64,000 bases of DNA from Octopus vulgaris (Eukaryota), in the NCBI GenBank assembly GCA_951406725.2, contig OX597820.1:94426001-94490000 (forward strand), given 5' to 3'. Both the position numbers and the translations under genes were made by a program. Under the pieces are notes generated by a model. That model searched no databases. It was not told where the DNA came from and saw nothing but the letters and a program-made list of their open reading frames with translations. This document shows, piece by piece, positions 1-12,353 of this stretch (positions within the stretch are counted from its first letter, which is position 1; each line of letters begins with the position of its first letter).

Positions 1-152
1 TCATGAGCACAATTAAGTACCCCAAATACATCCAAAATAGAAATACTCCAGCCCATTCGAGACACGTGCGATTTGAACTGAGGCCCTCTAATGTAGGATA
101 AATTTTTTTTCGAAAAAAAATTCTTTTCGAAAAATTTTTTATATATATATTT

Positions 153-157
<5 letters not shown>

Positions 158-225
<68 letters not shown>
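158..225. repeat. (AG)n microsatellite
   Basis: Pure AG dinucleotide run. Confidence 0.95.
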
Positions 226-228
<3 letters not shown>

Positions 229-466
229 TCAACAAGTGAAATCTAGGGATTCTCAATATTACCAAACACTAGCGCTCAAATGAATGATTTGAACTTAAAC
301 ACCGAAACCTTTACCGAGCACCGAGTCCGCAGGGTAAAGAGTGACTATAAGAGGAGTTCAGGTGAACGGATATGGAAACAGTGACGCAAATAAACAAAGA
401 CTACTTGGGTTTGGTATACAATGTGTGTGTGTGTATGTGTGTGTGTGTGTGTGTGTGTGAGTGTTT

Positions 467-498
<32 letters not shown>

Positions 499-1372
499 AA
501 TAGAGAGAAAGCAAAGACTGAAATTTGGTAGACGATAATATATAGATATTTGTATAATAACAGAACATACTTACACAGAGTGCAAAGACAGAAAATTAAA
601 GGGGAGAAGGTAAAGTGTCGCAAGTCGGACAACTTTTACTGGGGACTCGGAGGTACTTCTTAATTTTGGTAGATGCTGCTCAACAGCTTTTGCTTTCTCT
701 TTATTCACATCTATACATGTATATATATTTTGTATATCTAACCCAAACAGTTTAATTTGTTTATTTGCATCACACTCTCTCTCCCTCCCCCCCCCTCTCT
801 CTCTCTCTCTCCATATATATATATATATATATAGTTAAGCTCCCCCACCCGCCAAAAAAAAAACGAAGAACAAACACGATAAAAACAACAACGCGAGGAC
901 GTGATACATGCAAAATATTAAAAGACGCTCAGGGAAGGAAAGAAAGGTTGTTTTATATTTTGTGCAAAGCTCTTCTTCAGAAACAGGAGACAGAGGATAA
1001 TATCCCAAGAGAAAAGGAAGACGGAGCAAAAAAATCGCCAACAATCCTTTTCCTCTGTCTTCCTTTTTTGGTGGGGCCTACCCTGTATATGTACGTATAT
1101 ATGTATGTTGGTAGGTAGTTAGGAGGTAGGCAGGTAGGTAGGTAGGGAGGGAGTGAGGGGGGGATGGAGGTAGGAACGTATTTATTGGGATAGTATATCA
1201 TTGAATCATAAGTTGTGAGGGTACGAATCCTGGGTCATCTTAATTCACAGTATATCTATAAGTTGGAGATTTATAGCCACTTTTCTTCATCGCATGTTTT
1301 TGTTTCGCCGATGAGTGTTATAGCTCACACAAATTCATCTGCACCTAAAAATAATATACATTTAAACATATA

Positions 1373-2644
1373 TTAGGTTGTCAAGAAAGTTCTTGCGGTT
1401 TTTAACCTTTAAATTCAGATGCACATATCTCAGCTCAAACAAAACTTCATTAATCAAATTAAACACCATCAGAATCAACACACTTTTGCCAACGCGAAAA
1501 AGTTTATTTATGCCAGTAGTGTAAAAATCCTGCGTTCTGGTGGTGATGAAGATGTTGAATGCGTGTTTGGCATTGTCTTGGTTTTTGAAGCATTTCTCAC
1601 GCAGGAAGTTGTTGAGATGCTTGAAAAAGTAGTAGTCGGTAGGTGAGAGGTCTGGTGAGTATTGCGGATGAGGCAGAGTTTCGTAACCCAATTTGTTCAA
1701 CTTCTGTAGTGTTAGTTGTATGACGTGCGGCCGAGCGTTGTCGTTATCTATTGACCAATGCTGGCTGTTGTTGGAGTTTCTTATCCATTTCATCCATTTG
1801 CTGACAGTATTTCTCCGCCGTAATTGTTTCGCCTGGATCCCAAAAGCTGTGATGGATGAGACCGGCCGCAGACCATCAATCAGTCACCATGACCTTCTTT
1901 TGGTGCAACTTTGGCTTCGGGAAGTGCCGTGGAGCTTCGTCAGCGTCCAACTACTGAGCTGAACCTCACCGGATGTCGTAAAGAACCCACTTTTCATCGC
2001 ATTCCACAATCCGGTCGAGAAACGAGTCGTTCTTGTTGCGTAAAAGAAGGGGAGACGACACTTCAAAACGAGGGTTTTTTTTGGGGGGGTTGTCGTTCAA
2101 TTCGTGCGGCACCAATTTCTCAAGTATTTTTATTTTTCCAATCTCTTTCAAGTGGTTGGAAATTGTCGTATACGTTACGTCTAATTCAGAAGTAAGCTCT
2201 TGAACAGTTGTGCGTGGATTGGCTTCGACTAAGGCTCTTAGTTGATCGTTGTCAACATCCGATGGCTGAACACTACGCTAATCATCTTCAAGACTCTCGT
2301 CACCGCTACGAAATTTCTTGAACCACCATTATTCTGTACGTTCATTCGTGGTTCCTGAGCCAAACGCATCGTTGATATCGCGAGCTGTTTCAGCAGCTTT
2401 TCGGCCTAGCTTGAACTGGAATAAGAAAACTGTGCGAATTTGCTTTTAGTCCATGCTGCATTCAACGTTCCGGAAAAAAATGGCCTAATTATTCAAAAAG
2501 AAAAAGACTACTACGATTAGATAGAGCGAAAAACAGGCTTTAAAATGATATATAAAGTCGAAATAATTTAACAAAAATTAATTTGAAAATACATCATTTA
2601 AAACCAAAATTAAAAATTCCGCAAGAACTTTCTTGACAACCTAA
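1373..2644 (-). mobile_element. Near full-length mariner (Hsmar1/cecropia-like), transposase pseudogenised
   Basis: 26-bp TIRs TTAGGTTGTCAAGAAAGTTCTTGCGG / CCGCAAGAACTTTCTTGACAACCTAA, TA on both flanks. Minus-strand motifs LVPHEL, CDEKW, DNARPH, HPQYSPDLSPTDY, broken by stops and frameshifts. Confidence 0.95.
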
Positions 2645-3004
2645 TATATTCATATATATTTATTGTAGTCGATTATACCTTAAAAGTTGTATTTTTTATG
2701 AGTTTCTATAACCTAATCACTATTTCTACTGTTTTTTAAACTCTGTTCATTTCACAGAAATTTAAGCATTTGCAAAAATCAGAAGTGAGAGACACTATAC
2801 ACTAGAAAACTTTATAACAGTAAAGTACTGCGAAAATTGAGGAGAAACAGCAAACAATAATTTGCAGATGCTCCTGTCACCAGCAAGGCCACAATGCATT
2901 GTTTGAAACCACGGATAAAGTAGAAATGGAATATTTCGTCATAGATTTTTCATTCTCAGTTTAGTATAAAAATAATATACGTTGTTATTTTCTTTTCTTT
3001 AAAG

Positions 3005-3154
3005 GCCCGTCACGGAGTTCTCCAATTTTCAGTCGATGGTGTGGAGGAACAAGACGGAAGTTCTATACACATAGCCCCAATTTGTTTATTCATTTTCACA
3101 CGGATGGCTATTTCACAGGCAGAGGTTTTCAGTTGTCTTATTATCTTATACAAG
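3005..3154 (+). CDS. Multi-CUB transmembrane protein, exon w1 (last third of an upstream CUB domain)
   Basis: AG/GT bounded; (G)PSRSSPIFSRWCGGTRRKFYTHSPNLFIHFHTDGYFTGRGFQLSYYLIQ, with WCG, FHTD and RGF motifs. Confidence 0.9.
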
Positions 3155-3537
3155 GTATTCCTTATTTTATAATCTGCTTCTCTCTCCCTCTCTCTCTCTT
3201 TCTCTCTCCCTTTTACTTTGTTGCTTTACAACGCGAGTCACATATATCAAACATAAGATCCAAAAATATTGTTCACATTATTGTTATTCCTTTATTTGCA
3301 CAGTGATACTCTTGTTAACTTTGGATCATTGAATAACCTGCCAATCAGATAGCTAGTAGTTTCCGCAGGATATTTACATCAAATAGATAGTAGTTTCCGC
3401 AGGATATTTACTCTTCCCCAAAGTGCTATCTTTCACAAAGTCGTAATGTTAGGACAGATTCCAAATGTATCGAGGTCTTCCTGAAAGCATTTCTTCTTAT
3501 CCTCCTCCTCCCCCTCCTCCTTCTCCTCCTCCTCCTC

Positions 3538-3607
<70 letters not shown>

Positions 3608-3608
<1 letters not shown>

Positions 3609-4142
3609 AGTAAGAGAGCAGTGCATGCCATCAATGTGACACTGGGGTAAAATGTACGAAGCCCAGTATACCCATCATGACTACCCCAGGCACACGCATC
3701 ACAACCATATGTGTACGAGATAATGATCTCGTATCAAGAAAAACAATGCATGACCTTGTAGGTGGGACCCAGTTAGAATTTTCTTCAGGTTGAGTGCCCC
3801 ATCCCGCTCAAGTGCTCGTTGAATAAGGGCTGTTTAAGAATACTGAATGAAACACCTATGTCTTCAGAGGTAATAATAAGCCCCAAAGAATCCCTCTCCA
3901 CACATGGCTATGATGCTCCCCTACTATTTCTGCTCGTGATTAGATATGCACATATCATCAGCCACCGAGGAACATGCTCAAATGGTTAAGGTTAAACAAC
4001 AGACAAGCAAATTTGTGGTATTGAGCATAGTATTTGCTGTAGCCCATCTTTTATACCAAGAAAAAAAACAATGTACATGATAACACTTCCAATCAGTTAA
4101 GATGAGAATCCATAAGAGCCACTGTCTGGTACTGCATCAGGG

Positions 4143-4143
<1 letters not shown>
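3608..4143. mobile_element. Non-coding interspersed repeat embedded in (ATT)n
   Basis: Flanked on both sides by (ATT)n; a partial inverted copy lies at about 30462-30632. Confidence 0.55.
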
Positions 4144-4223
<80 letters not shown>

Positions 4224-4224
4224 T

Positions 4225-4438
4225 AAGGCGGTGAGCTGGTAGAATCGTTAGCACGCTGGACGAAATGCTTAGCGGTATTTCGTCCGTCGCTACGTTCCGA
4301 GTTCAAGTTCTGCTGAGGTCGATTTTGCCTTTCATCCTTTCGGGGTCGATAAATTAAGTATCAGTTGAACACTGGGATCGATGTAATCGACTCATCTCCT
4401 CCCCCAAAATTGCTACCCTTGTGGTAAAATTTGAAACA
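4225..4438 (+). mobile_element. tRNA-derived SINE (major family in window)
   Basis: GGCGGTGAGCTGGTAGAATCGTTAGC head, GTTCAA box, core GCCTTTCATCCTTTCGGGGTCGATAAA, (ATT)n tail; more than 10 copies in window. Confidence 0.85.
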
Positions 4439-4485
<47 letters not shown>

Positions 4486-5678
4486 CATTATCATCTTCAG
4501 TATTAGTGTCGAACGCCTTTGAAGGAATGTGACTTGGTTGCAGGGGGTAAAATCAACGCCGACATATCGGTTGGTTTGTGGTTGGGCTCCTGGAGAGGCC
4601 TTTATGTCTGTCTCTGTATTGTCCCCCTCATCTTTTGCCCTTGTGGCAAATAAATGAAATTATTATTATTATCATTATTATTATTGCCATCGATAGCGTT
4701 TACTAAAGAGTTAGCAATAGAAAGGAATAGAATAGAAGGTGAACTAGTTAGCAAATTAGAAGTGATTGAAAAGGGTATTGCGACCGATGTGTTTGCGGCG
4801 AGAATGACCCTTGATCATTTCTTCGAAGCGAAACACGAAGGTCGCGGTGTTAGAGCTAAGGCCCGTGTGCTCAAACAGAAGGTACTGTCTGACAGGCCCG
4901 AACGGTGGAGACGCGACGTGGAAACAAAACCACGATCAGGTCTTTGACGGATCAGGTTGTTTTATCTCCGATTTGGTAATATGAATTGTCATAAAAGGTC
5001 AGACATTCACTGCTGCATGGCCCCATTCAATTTTTAATCCATTTTAAATATAAATACGGAGTTCTCCCCTTTGTGTTTAATGTCCCGAATTACTCATTAA
5101 GCTCGTGTTCGTTTCTTCTCACTACTTGTATAATTCTAATTAATATTCTTAGTTATATTACACTTTTTATTATAACAATCACCTGTTTGTGTTTCATGCT
5201 ATACTAGGGTAACCATCTAGTAAATCTATTCTAGTATTATATTTTCCCCTTAAAACAAAAGCTTAATTTTAAACACAAACCTCTCCTTTATTCCATTACC
5301 TGAACGATATATTTCACCTGAACACGATATTAAACTTTTGGTCTGATTAATATAGATCAATTATACTAAGATCTGGCTGTGCTAGCGCCCTCGACCCCTA
5401 AATTCCAAGAGTTTACACAGAATTATCACCATATTAAATTCACCTTTCAAGTTTCATTTTGTTTTTTCGTTTGTATTTGTTTTCATGAATTCGAAAATTC
5501 TTCAATCTACGTAATATTTTCCCTTTTGCTTAGCTCTTTCATTATTTTGCTTTAATTATCTTTGATTATTTTGCTTCTGCACCAGTTTTAGAAATACGTT
5601 TGCAATAAATACTGGATATAAACGTTTGACTAATATCGTAGTCAAGAACTAAAGTTTATATTTCTTCATCTTCATCAG

Positions 5679-5772
5679 CTGATACTGTCTGCGAGAAACC
5701 GATTTATATAACAGTTCTGAAGAACATATGGCACACTCTTACTTCCCCTTATTATCCAATGGTCTATGAAGG
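5679..5772 (+). CDS. Multi-CUB protein exon w2 (CUB-A part 1)
   Basis: cag/gtaag; DTVCEKPIYITVLKNIWHTLTSPYYPMVYE (LTSPxYP motif). Confidence 0.9.
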
Positions 5773-6027
5773 GTAAGTTACTCTGGTTTTATCATTTTTG
5801 TTTTCATTATGTTTGTAAGATTAATTGTGAACTAGATATTTTTAAAAGGCTCTTGCAATTTGGCAGATATCGTGCTTTCTTCAAATCAAGACAATAACTT
5901 TCATCATAACGTCTGAACTTGTTTTACTAACCTACAATCGAATCGTATATTTTAAGCATATCTTTTAGAACATCAAAACTCAGGCAATATATTTTTTAAA
6001 GATTTTAGAAAATATATTTTTTTCCAG

Positions 6028-6152
6028 GAACGTAACTTGCACGTGGATAATCGAAGCTCAAAATCCTGTTCATTTTGTGGAGTTACAAGTAGACGACTCG
6101 GAAATTGAAGAATCTGTTGAATGTGTTTATGATTCTCTGAGCATCTATGATG
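6028..6152 (+). CDS. Multi-CUB protein exon w3 (CUB-A part 2)
   Basis: cag/gtaag; NVTCTWIIEAQNPVHFVELQVDDSEIEESVECVYDSLSIYD. Confidence 0.92.
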
Positions 6153-6866
6153 GTAAGCGTCAAAAAAATGTTTGTGAGGAATAGTGAAATAAGCCGTTCT
6201 GCAATCTTTTAAAAAATGTTTTTAATGAATCAGTCGTGCTCGCACCATTGGGCCACTCCAAGAGATTCTGATGAAAGTGAGCACAACTATAAAGTTAGAT
6301 AAGCTTTAAAATGTGCAGCGCTACTGATTCAGTAAAAGCATATCACGACTATAATTTAGGAGTAATTCAAGAAAAAAAAACAGATATGGTAAAAGAAGGA
6401 CCTCATAAAACTCAAACAACAATCTCATAGAAAAAATACTGTACGGTTAATTTCTAGTATTTAAAGAGCGCCCAATGTGAGTTAATATCTTCAGGCCAAG
6501 TAAATTTTTTCGTCACTTGCAATAATATAGAGCTGTCAATGTTTGTTCATTCTATGTGGTTCAGAAATAATTGTGTTGGTCTTGAATACAGTGATGAATT
6601 AAATGTACATTCTTACTTTGCGCAGTCAAATATAATACAACAGGAAATTTCCCAAGAACAATTAAATTATAGTGAAACTCCCATTGTGTAAATATAATTA
6701 TTTGCAGAAACGGCAATTTCAATTGACGTTATGTTGGTGGCAAATTAGTATTTTAGCTAAAAAGAAATTTAACTTAAATGGACAAAAATAAATTAGTTCG
6801 TACACACACACACACATACATAAATGAATTACATGCTGCTTTTTTTCTGGTTTTCCTTCTTTTCAG

Positions 6867-7019
6867 GTAATGAATCGAATTCTTCTTTAATAAAACGTTG
6901 GTGTGGAACAGAGAAGCCAAACATCCTAAGCAGTCAATCAGTAATTCGGATTGAATTCCATACAGATGTTTCCTATGAATACAGAGGGTTTAAATTCAGA
7001 CTTAGATCAGTTGACCCAC
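6867..7019 (+). CDS. Multi-CUB protein exon w4 (CUB-A part 3)
   Basis: cag/gtaag; NESNSSLIKRWCGTEKPNILSSQSVIRIEFHTDVSYEYRGFKFRLRSVDP. Confidence 0.92.
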
Positions 7020-8397
7020 GTAAGTTTTCCATCTCCAAATTATTGTTTGTCGAATGGTGTTGTATAGCAAAAACAGAATCATGCAAGATGTACTGGTGGC
7101 TGATGGTATGAAACTGCATAAATTCTAAATTCCGATTTCAATCGTTGCTGGCGTTCATCTTGCTTATTGCCTCTCCGGGTCTCTAAATAAGTACTTGTCA
7201 TAAAATATACGTCGATTCACTCCACTATGCAGTGGATATACTGCTTTGCACCAATATCACCTTTAGAAATATGTTTGACCATTGGGTTTCAGGAGTTAAT
7301 TGCTAGAAATTATATGCTGTTTTGTCACAAAGATGGCAAATTTGCAGAGCTGTTAGAGCCCTATAGATAACAACTCGCTGTACATTTTCCCACTCTCTGA
7401 ACTTTGACTTTAAACCCTGCAAATTCATGTTTACTTTGCACCATTTTTGGGTCGGTGGGAAAATACTAACCTAAAGCAGTGGGTTGGCGGAACTAACAGA
7501 CAGACGAGTGGATACCTTGCGGTGTCTGTTCCAGATCTTTGCACTCAGACGGGAACGTCTGTGAAGTTACTAGTGCCGTGGTTGTATTAGCCTTAAAGTG
7601 ACAGGGTTTCTTTTGGTCTACACCGGTAGCAGTGGAGAGAAGAGACTTGCATGCACAGACAACTGTCAGTCTTCCACACAAAAATAAACCTTACTCAAGC
7701 GTACGCATACTAATTAAAATCCATGGTGAAGTTAGACCGTCGGATTCCTCATTATTTATTAACTTTCATAGGTTAACACTATAACAGTGAAATGATCAAC
7801 GAACTTGCCATATATAACAGTAAATCATACTTCGCCGTTTTACAAATGATGTTTGAAGACATTGCCTATAGCACTCTGGAATACACTATGCCTAAAAATA
7901 AATCAAGATGTTCGCAGCTGGAATAATCTTATTCAATATTTAGTCCTCAAGGAGAATTTTTAATACAAATAAAAGTAAATGAAAGAAATTAGTAGAAAAG
8001 TCCATATCTATTAAATATATGTTCAGCGCTAAATATTATAGTAATCATTATTATATCATATGTTACATATATATTATGCCATACCTTCATACTGTGTGGA
8101 CTAAGATCTCCGTTAACGGACCGCTGGTATTTATAGAGTGTTAAACACTTTCGGTATGCAAATTAGGGACACCTTCATAGAGTAACAGCTGCATTTGTTG
8201 AATATATAAACAGTTTGGCTGCTTGTTTCTCTGGAGACTGTCAGAATAATTTAGACTCCTCTGATGAGAACCCAATAAGGTTCGAACAATCGATTATGGT
8301 TGTTCATCATTTTTTGTTTCAGCCTGCAGAGAAATGGCTAAAATTTGCCCTGTTTATAATTGTACCATATGTTACATATATATATATACATATATAT

Positions 8398-8436
<39 letters not shown>

Positions 8437-8917
8437 CATACATACATACATATACGCACACATATGTATGTATGTACCCATTTATGGATATACATATATA
8501 TATGTGTGTGTGTGTGTGTGTGAGGGGAGATGTATAGTTGAATGGGTAAGAACAACTACGAGTTCTGTGTGCAGTCTCGTAACGTGGACAAATGTCATTT
8601 TCTATAGCCTCGGATCGAACCATGCCTTCTGAGTGAAATTGATTAAATGAAGACTGTATTGAAGCCTGTCGTTTATATCGTACCTGTAATTCAAAAGTTA
8701 GAACCCAGTCATATACAGTATCAAACTGATTTTGCCTGAGAATCATGCTAAGGATGCACGTATCCCTAGACTACGAAGCTACTCAGCAGCGTTAATTCAG
8801 GAGCAGGTTAATAAGTTGATCGAACAACTGAATCCTTCTGGTCGTACGACAAGCATTTATCAGTGGTGTGTGTATGTGTGCGCGCGTGTGTGTGTGCGTG
8901 TGTGTGTGTGTGTGTGT

Positions 8918-8997
8918 GCCCGTGCGCGCGTGTGCCCGTGCGCGCGTGTGCCCGTGCGCGCGTGTGCCCGTGCGCGCGTGTGCCCGTGCGCGCGTGT
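8918..8997. repeat. 16-bp minisatellite (GCCCGTGCGCGCGTGT)x5
   Basis: Tandem units grown from a (GT)n tract. Confidence 0.85.
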
Positions 8998-10006
8998 GTT
9001 CATTTCAAGAAGTTACTGTACATCGTTAATATTTCGTATGGCTTCCCTTAGCTTGAATAATTGCTTCAATGCACATGGGAAGAGATACGTACAAATCCTT
9101 CACCATCTTCACAGTTATGCCTTTCCATACTCTGTGGCTGAGCTCCCACAGCTCTTTAAGATTGCGTGGATTCTTCTGACGAACTCTTCTCTTTAGTTCT
9201 GTTCACATTTGATCAATGATATTTAAATCAGGGGCCTGTGCTGGCCAATCTTTCAATACGGTAACACCTTCATCAGCCAGACTCTGTTGTGTTGCACGTG
9301 ATCTGTGGCATGCAGCTCCGTCATACTGAAAAATCTCACCTTCATCCAAGTCTGGGATCAGATTGTTCTTCAGCAACTGGATGTATTTGGCACTATTCAA
9401 GTTACCATCAATTTTAACAAACTTTCTTGAACCATCACTTTTTATGTATTCCCAAAGGATCAGACTCTTACCTCCAAACTTCACTGTTTTCGTCGTGTAA
9501 CGTGGATCGCTTCGCTTTCCTAGAGGCCTTCTGACAAATTCTCACTTATTAGAAAACGAAACCATGTTACACGAAGAAAACAGTGAAGTTTGGGGGTAAG
9601 AGTCTGATGCTTTGGAAATATATAAAAAGTGTTGGTTCAAGAAAGTTGATTAAAATTGGCGGTAAATATTAACGAAATATTAACGTTGTACAGTAACTTC
9701 TTGAAATGAACATTATGTTATAAATTTTCATTATATACATTTCTCTGTTTTAAAACACTGTATCTTGATTGGTATATGTGAGGCGGCCGAAAACTTTTGC
9801 ACGGCCATTTTTGGTGGCCGTCTTGCATCTTCCTCTCTCATTCAGAGTCCCTACTACAAAATATAATGATTAGGTATGGAAATGACTCCAACGGAGCCAG
9901 TACTTCATCTGTAAAAAAAACGCGATGCGAAACATCCACTTATAATTTGGCAATTAGAAGAAATTCACAATAGTTTAAAGTGGCCGAAAACTTTTGCACG
10001 GTACTA
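8997..10006 (-). mobile_element. Tc1-like transposon remnant, rearranged
   Basis: ORF 9203-9484 with KFGGKSL, FQYDGAACH, WPAQAPDLNIID; terminal GGCCGAAAACTTTTGCACGG repeated at 9785 and 9982 (IR/DR-like). Confidence 0.85.
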
Positions 10007-10182
10007 TACTTTTATTCGACTAAATGTTTTTTGAGATTTTTCTTTTAATATTTTTGATTAGATTTTTTTAGAATTTCAATTTTGGGAACAAAGCGGGAAG
10101 GAAACGAGTTTTATTTTTGTTTTGTTTTCCTCGGTTTATTTGTAGAATGGTCAAATGAGCAACATCTTGTTTGTATTTGTAG

Positions 10183-10270
10183 GAAGCATATGCGGTCCAA
10201 TCAGCTTGGTTGCTGTAAAGAGTGAAGTCAAATATCTTACATCTCCGACCATCACAACACCTCACTACAG
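10183..10270 (+). CDS. Multi-CUB protein exon w5 (CUB-B part 1)
   Basis: tag/gtag; SICGPISLVAVKSEVKYLTSPTITTPHY; phases match neighbouring exons. Confidence 0.85.
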
Positions 10271-10383
10271 GTAGATACAGGGGTTTCTATTACTTTCACC
10301 CGATATTCGTAAATATTTTGGCAAAAGTTTCGAAATACAATGTACATTTTAAGCATTCTTGAATTATTTGAAGTGTTATTGGT

Positions 10384-10796
10384 TTCAGATTTTGGCACCA
10401 AGCCAGCAAGTTTGGGAGAGGGGTTAAGATGATTACCGCGACACCAGTATTCAACTGGTACTTATTTTATCGACCCCGAAAGGTTTATGGCGGAATTTGA
10501 ACTCAGAACGGGAAGATGGACGAAATGCCAATAAGCATTGTGGCCGACGTACAAACAATTCTGCCAGATCACCGTTTTAAATTTGCAGTATGATTGAACG
10601 AAATTAAGATGATTAATCCTTTTTAATTTTGGAACAAGGCCAGAATTTTAAGATGCGGTGCAAATTGATCACATCGATACCTGTACTTAAGTGATACTTA
10701 TTTTATCGACCCCGAAAGAATAAAAAGTAAAGTCGACCTCGGCGGCATTTGAAGTCATAACACAAAGAGCCTGATTCTGCCACCTCGCCGCCTTAA
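10384..10796 (-). mobile_element. Two tandem SINE copies
   Basis: Two reverse-complement cores TTTTATCGACCCCGAAAG...GGCGGAATTTGAACTC. Confidence 0.8.
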
Positions 10797-11240
10797 GACG
10801 ATTAATTAACAGCAATTGCTTACTGATTTTTGCCAAATTCCGGCAATAATTCTGTGCATCATAAAAATATGTATATTAGTTAATTAACCTCAAGCCCTCG
10901 CGTTCTTTTAGGCTGGAGCATACCCAGTTCCCATGGCGTATAAGCGACTGAAAATACAAAACTACCTCTTGAACGAGGCATAGCCAGTTGCAAGGTTAGC
11001 CCCACAACGCCACAACTAGCATCGGTTGCTGGGAGTACATATTTTCAAGGACGTAACGAGCCCTCCCGGTCTAACATTGGTACCCACAACCTTACGATCT
11101 GTCATGTGTATGTATATATAATTATGGATGTGTGTGTGTGTATGTGTGTTGCTGAAATTTATAGAAAAACAATAGACAAAGATGGGTGTACGAATAACGA
11201 GGAAGTGTATTAGTTCGACGCTCGGGAAAATGAAAAACGT

Positions 11241-11276
11241 CTTTTACGTTTCGAGCCTACGCTCTTCAACAGAAAG
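11241..11276 (-). ncRNA. Minimal hammerhead-like fold with A6U core (repeat family, copy 1)
   Basis: CUUU-CUGUUGA-A-GAGC-GUAG-GCUC-GAAA-CG-UA-AAAG; second copy at 54071-54106. Confidence 0.55.
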
Positions 11277-11636
11277 GAATATGAGAGAAAATAAACAGGG
11301 AGAGAATGAAAAATTGTAGATTTCAGCGGTCCAGCATGGTGAATACATATATATCGATATTATAAGACGCATGAGGTGGAAAGTTTTTTTCTTCGACCAA
11401 GCTGCACCACACTCGGACAAAGACCACTTTAACATCAGGTCTAGAAGATTCCCATTCAAGATAAAGAACTCGCAGCTTTCGAAGCAGACCTGGTGGGCAT
11501 TATACTAAACCTGTGAATCCTCATCCACCTTTTAACGTGTGTGTGTGTGTCTGTGTTTGTGTGTTTGTCTCTGTGTGTCTGTGTTTGTGTGTTTGACTCT
11601 GCGTGTCTGTGTCTGTGTGTTTGTATCTTTAATCTT

Positions 11637-12035
11637 TTATTTCTTTCAGTCATTGGTTTGAGGCCTTGCTGAGTCACCGCCTTGAAAGGTTTAGTCGAAC
11701 AAATCGATCCAGTACTTCATGTTTTTAAGTCTGGTACTTATGATACCGGTTTCTTTTAGCTGAACTGAACTACTAATTTATGGAGACATGAACAAACCAC
11801 CACCTGTCGTTTGTCAAACGTTGGTGGAGTACAATCACAAGGATACACACATACATATACTTACGTATACATAAGAGGAGCTTCTTTCAGTTTCCGTCGA
11901 CCAAATTCACTCACTTTGGCCGACCCGTGGTTACAGTGCAATAGTAGAAGACACTTACCCGAAGCGTCACACGGAGGGACTGAATCCAAGACCATATGAT
12001 TGGGACGCAAACTTCTTAGCCACACAGATACGCCT
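11637..12035 (-). mobile_element. SINE of a second family
   Basis: GAAGACACTT(A/G)CCC..GGGACTGAA..ACCAT motif shared with 25055-25350 and 20460-20780. Confidence 0.65.
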
Positions 12036-12353
12036 GATGCTGGTAATCAGCTGATGATTCATAAGTTGTTACTTAGCGTTTCCGTCAATGAGTGGTCTTT
12101 CAGAGTGACCCAGAAATGAGAAATGTGTTATCTAAATGACTGCACGTGTTCGGAAGTTGCGTAAGGACAGAGTTAGTCATCAACTGGTTCGACTACATTT
12201 ATTGAGTTCTTCCCCACGTACGAAGCTTCAAACATCACACACGCACACACACACTAACACACACACACACTCACGCACACACTCACGTACGCATGCACAC
12301 AATATAGTACATAATAATTTCATATTTAAAACAATATACTGAACAGTAGGATA

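Noticed and set aside
1304-1345. CCGAUGA-GUGU...ACAC-AAA hammerhead-like string
   Set aside because: Two core defects and no stem I; could be chance
4654-4947. 97-aa ORF with an apparent signal peptide
   Set aside because: The Leu run comes from (TTA)n; the rest looks like repeat or LTR-like DNA with no splice or domain support
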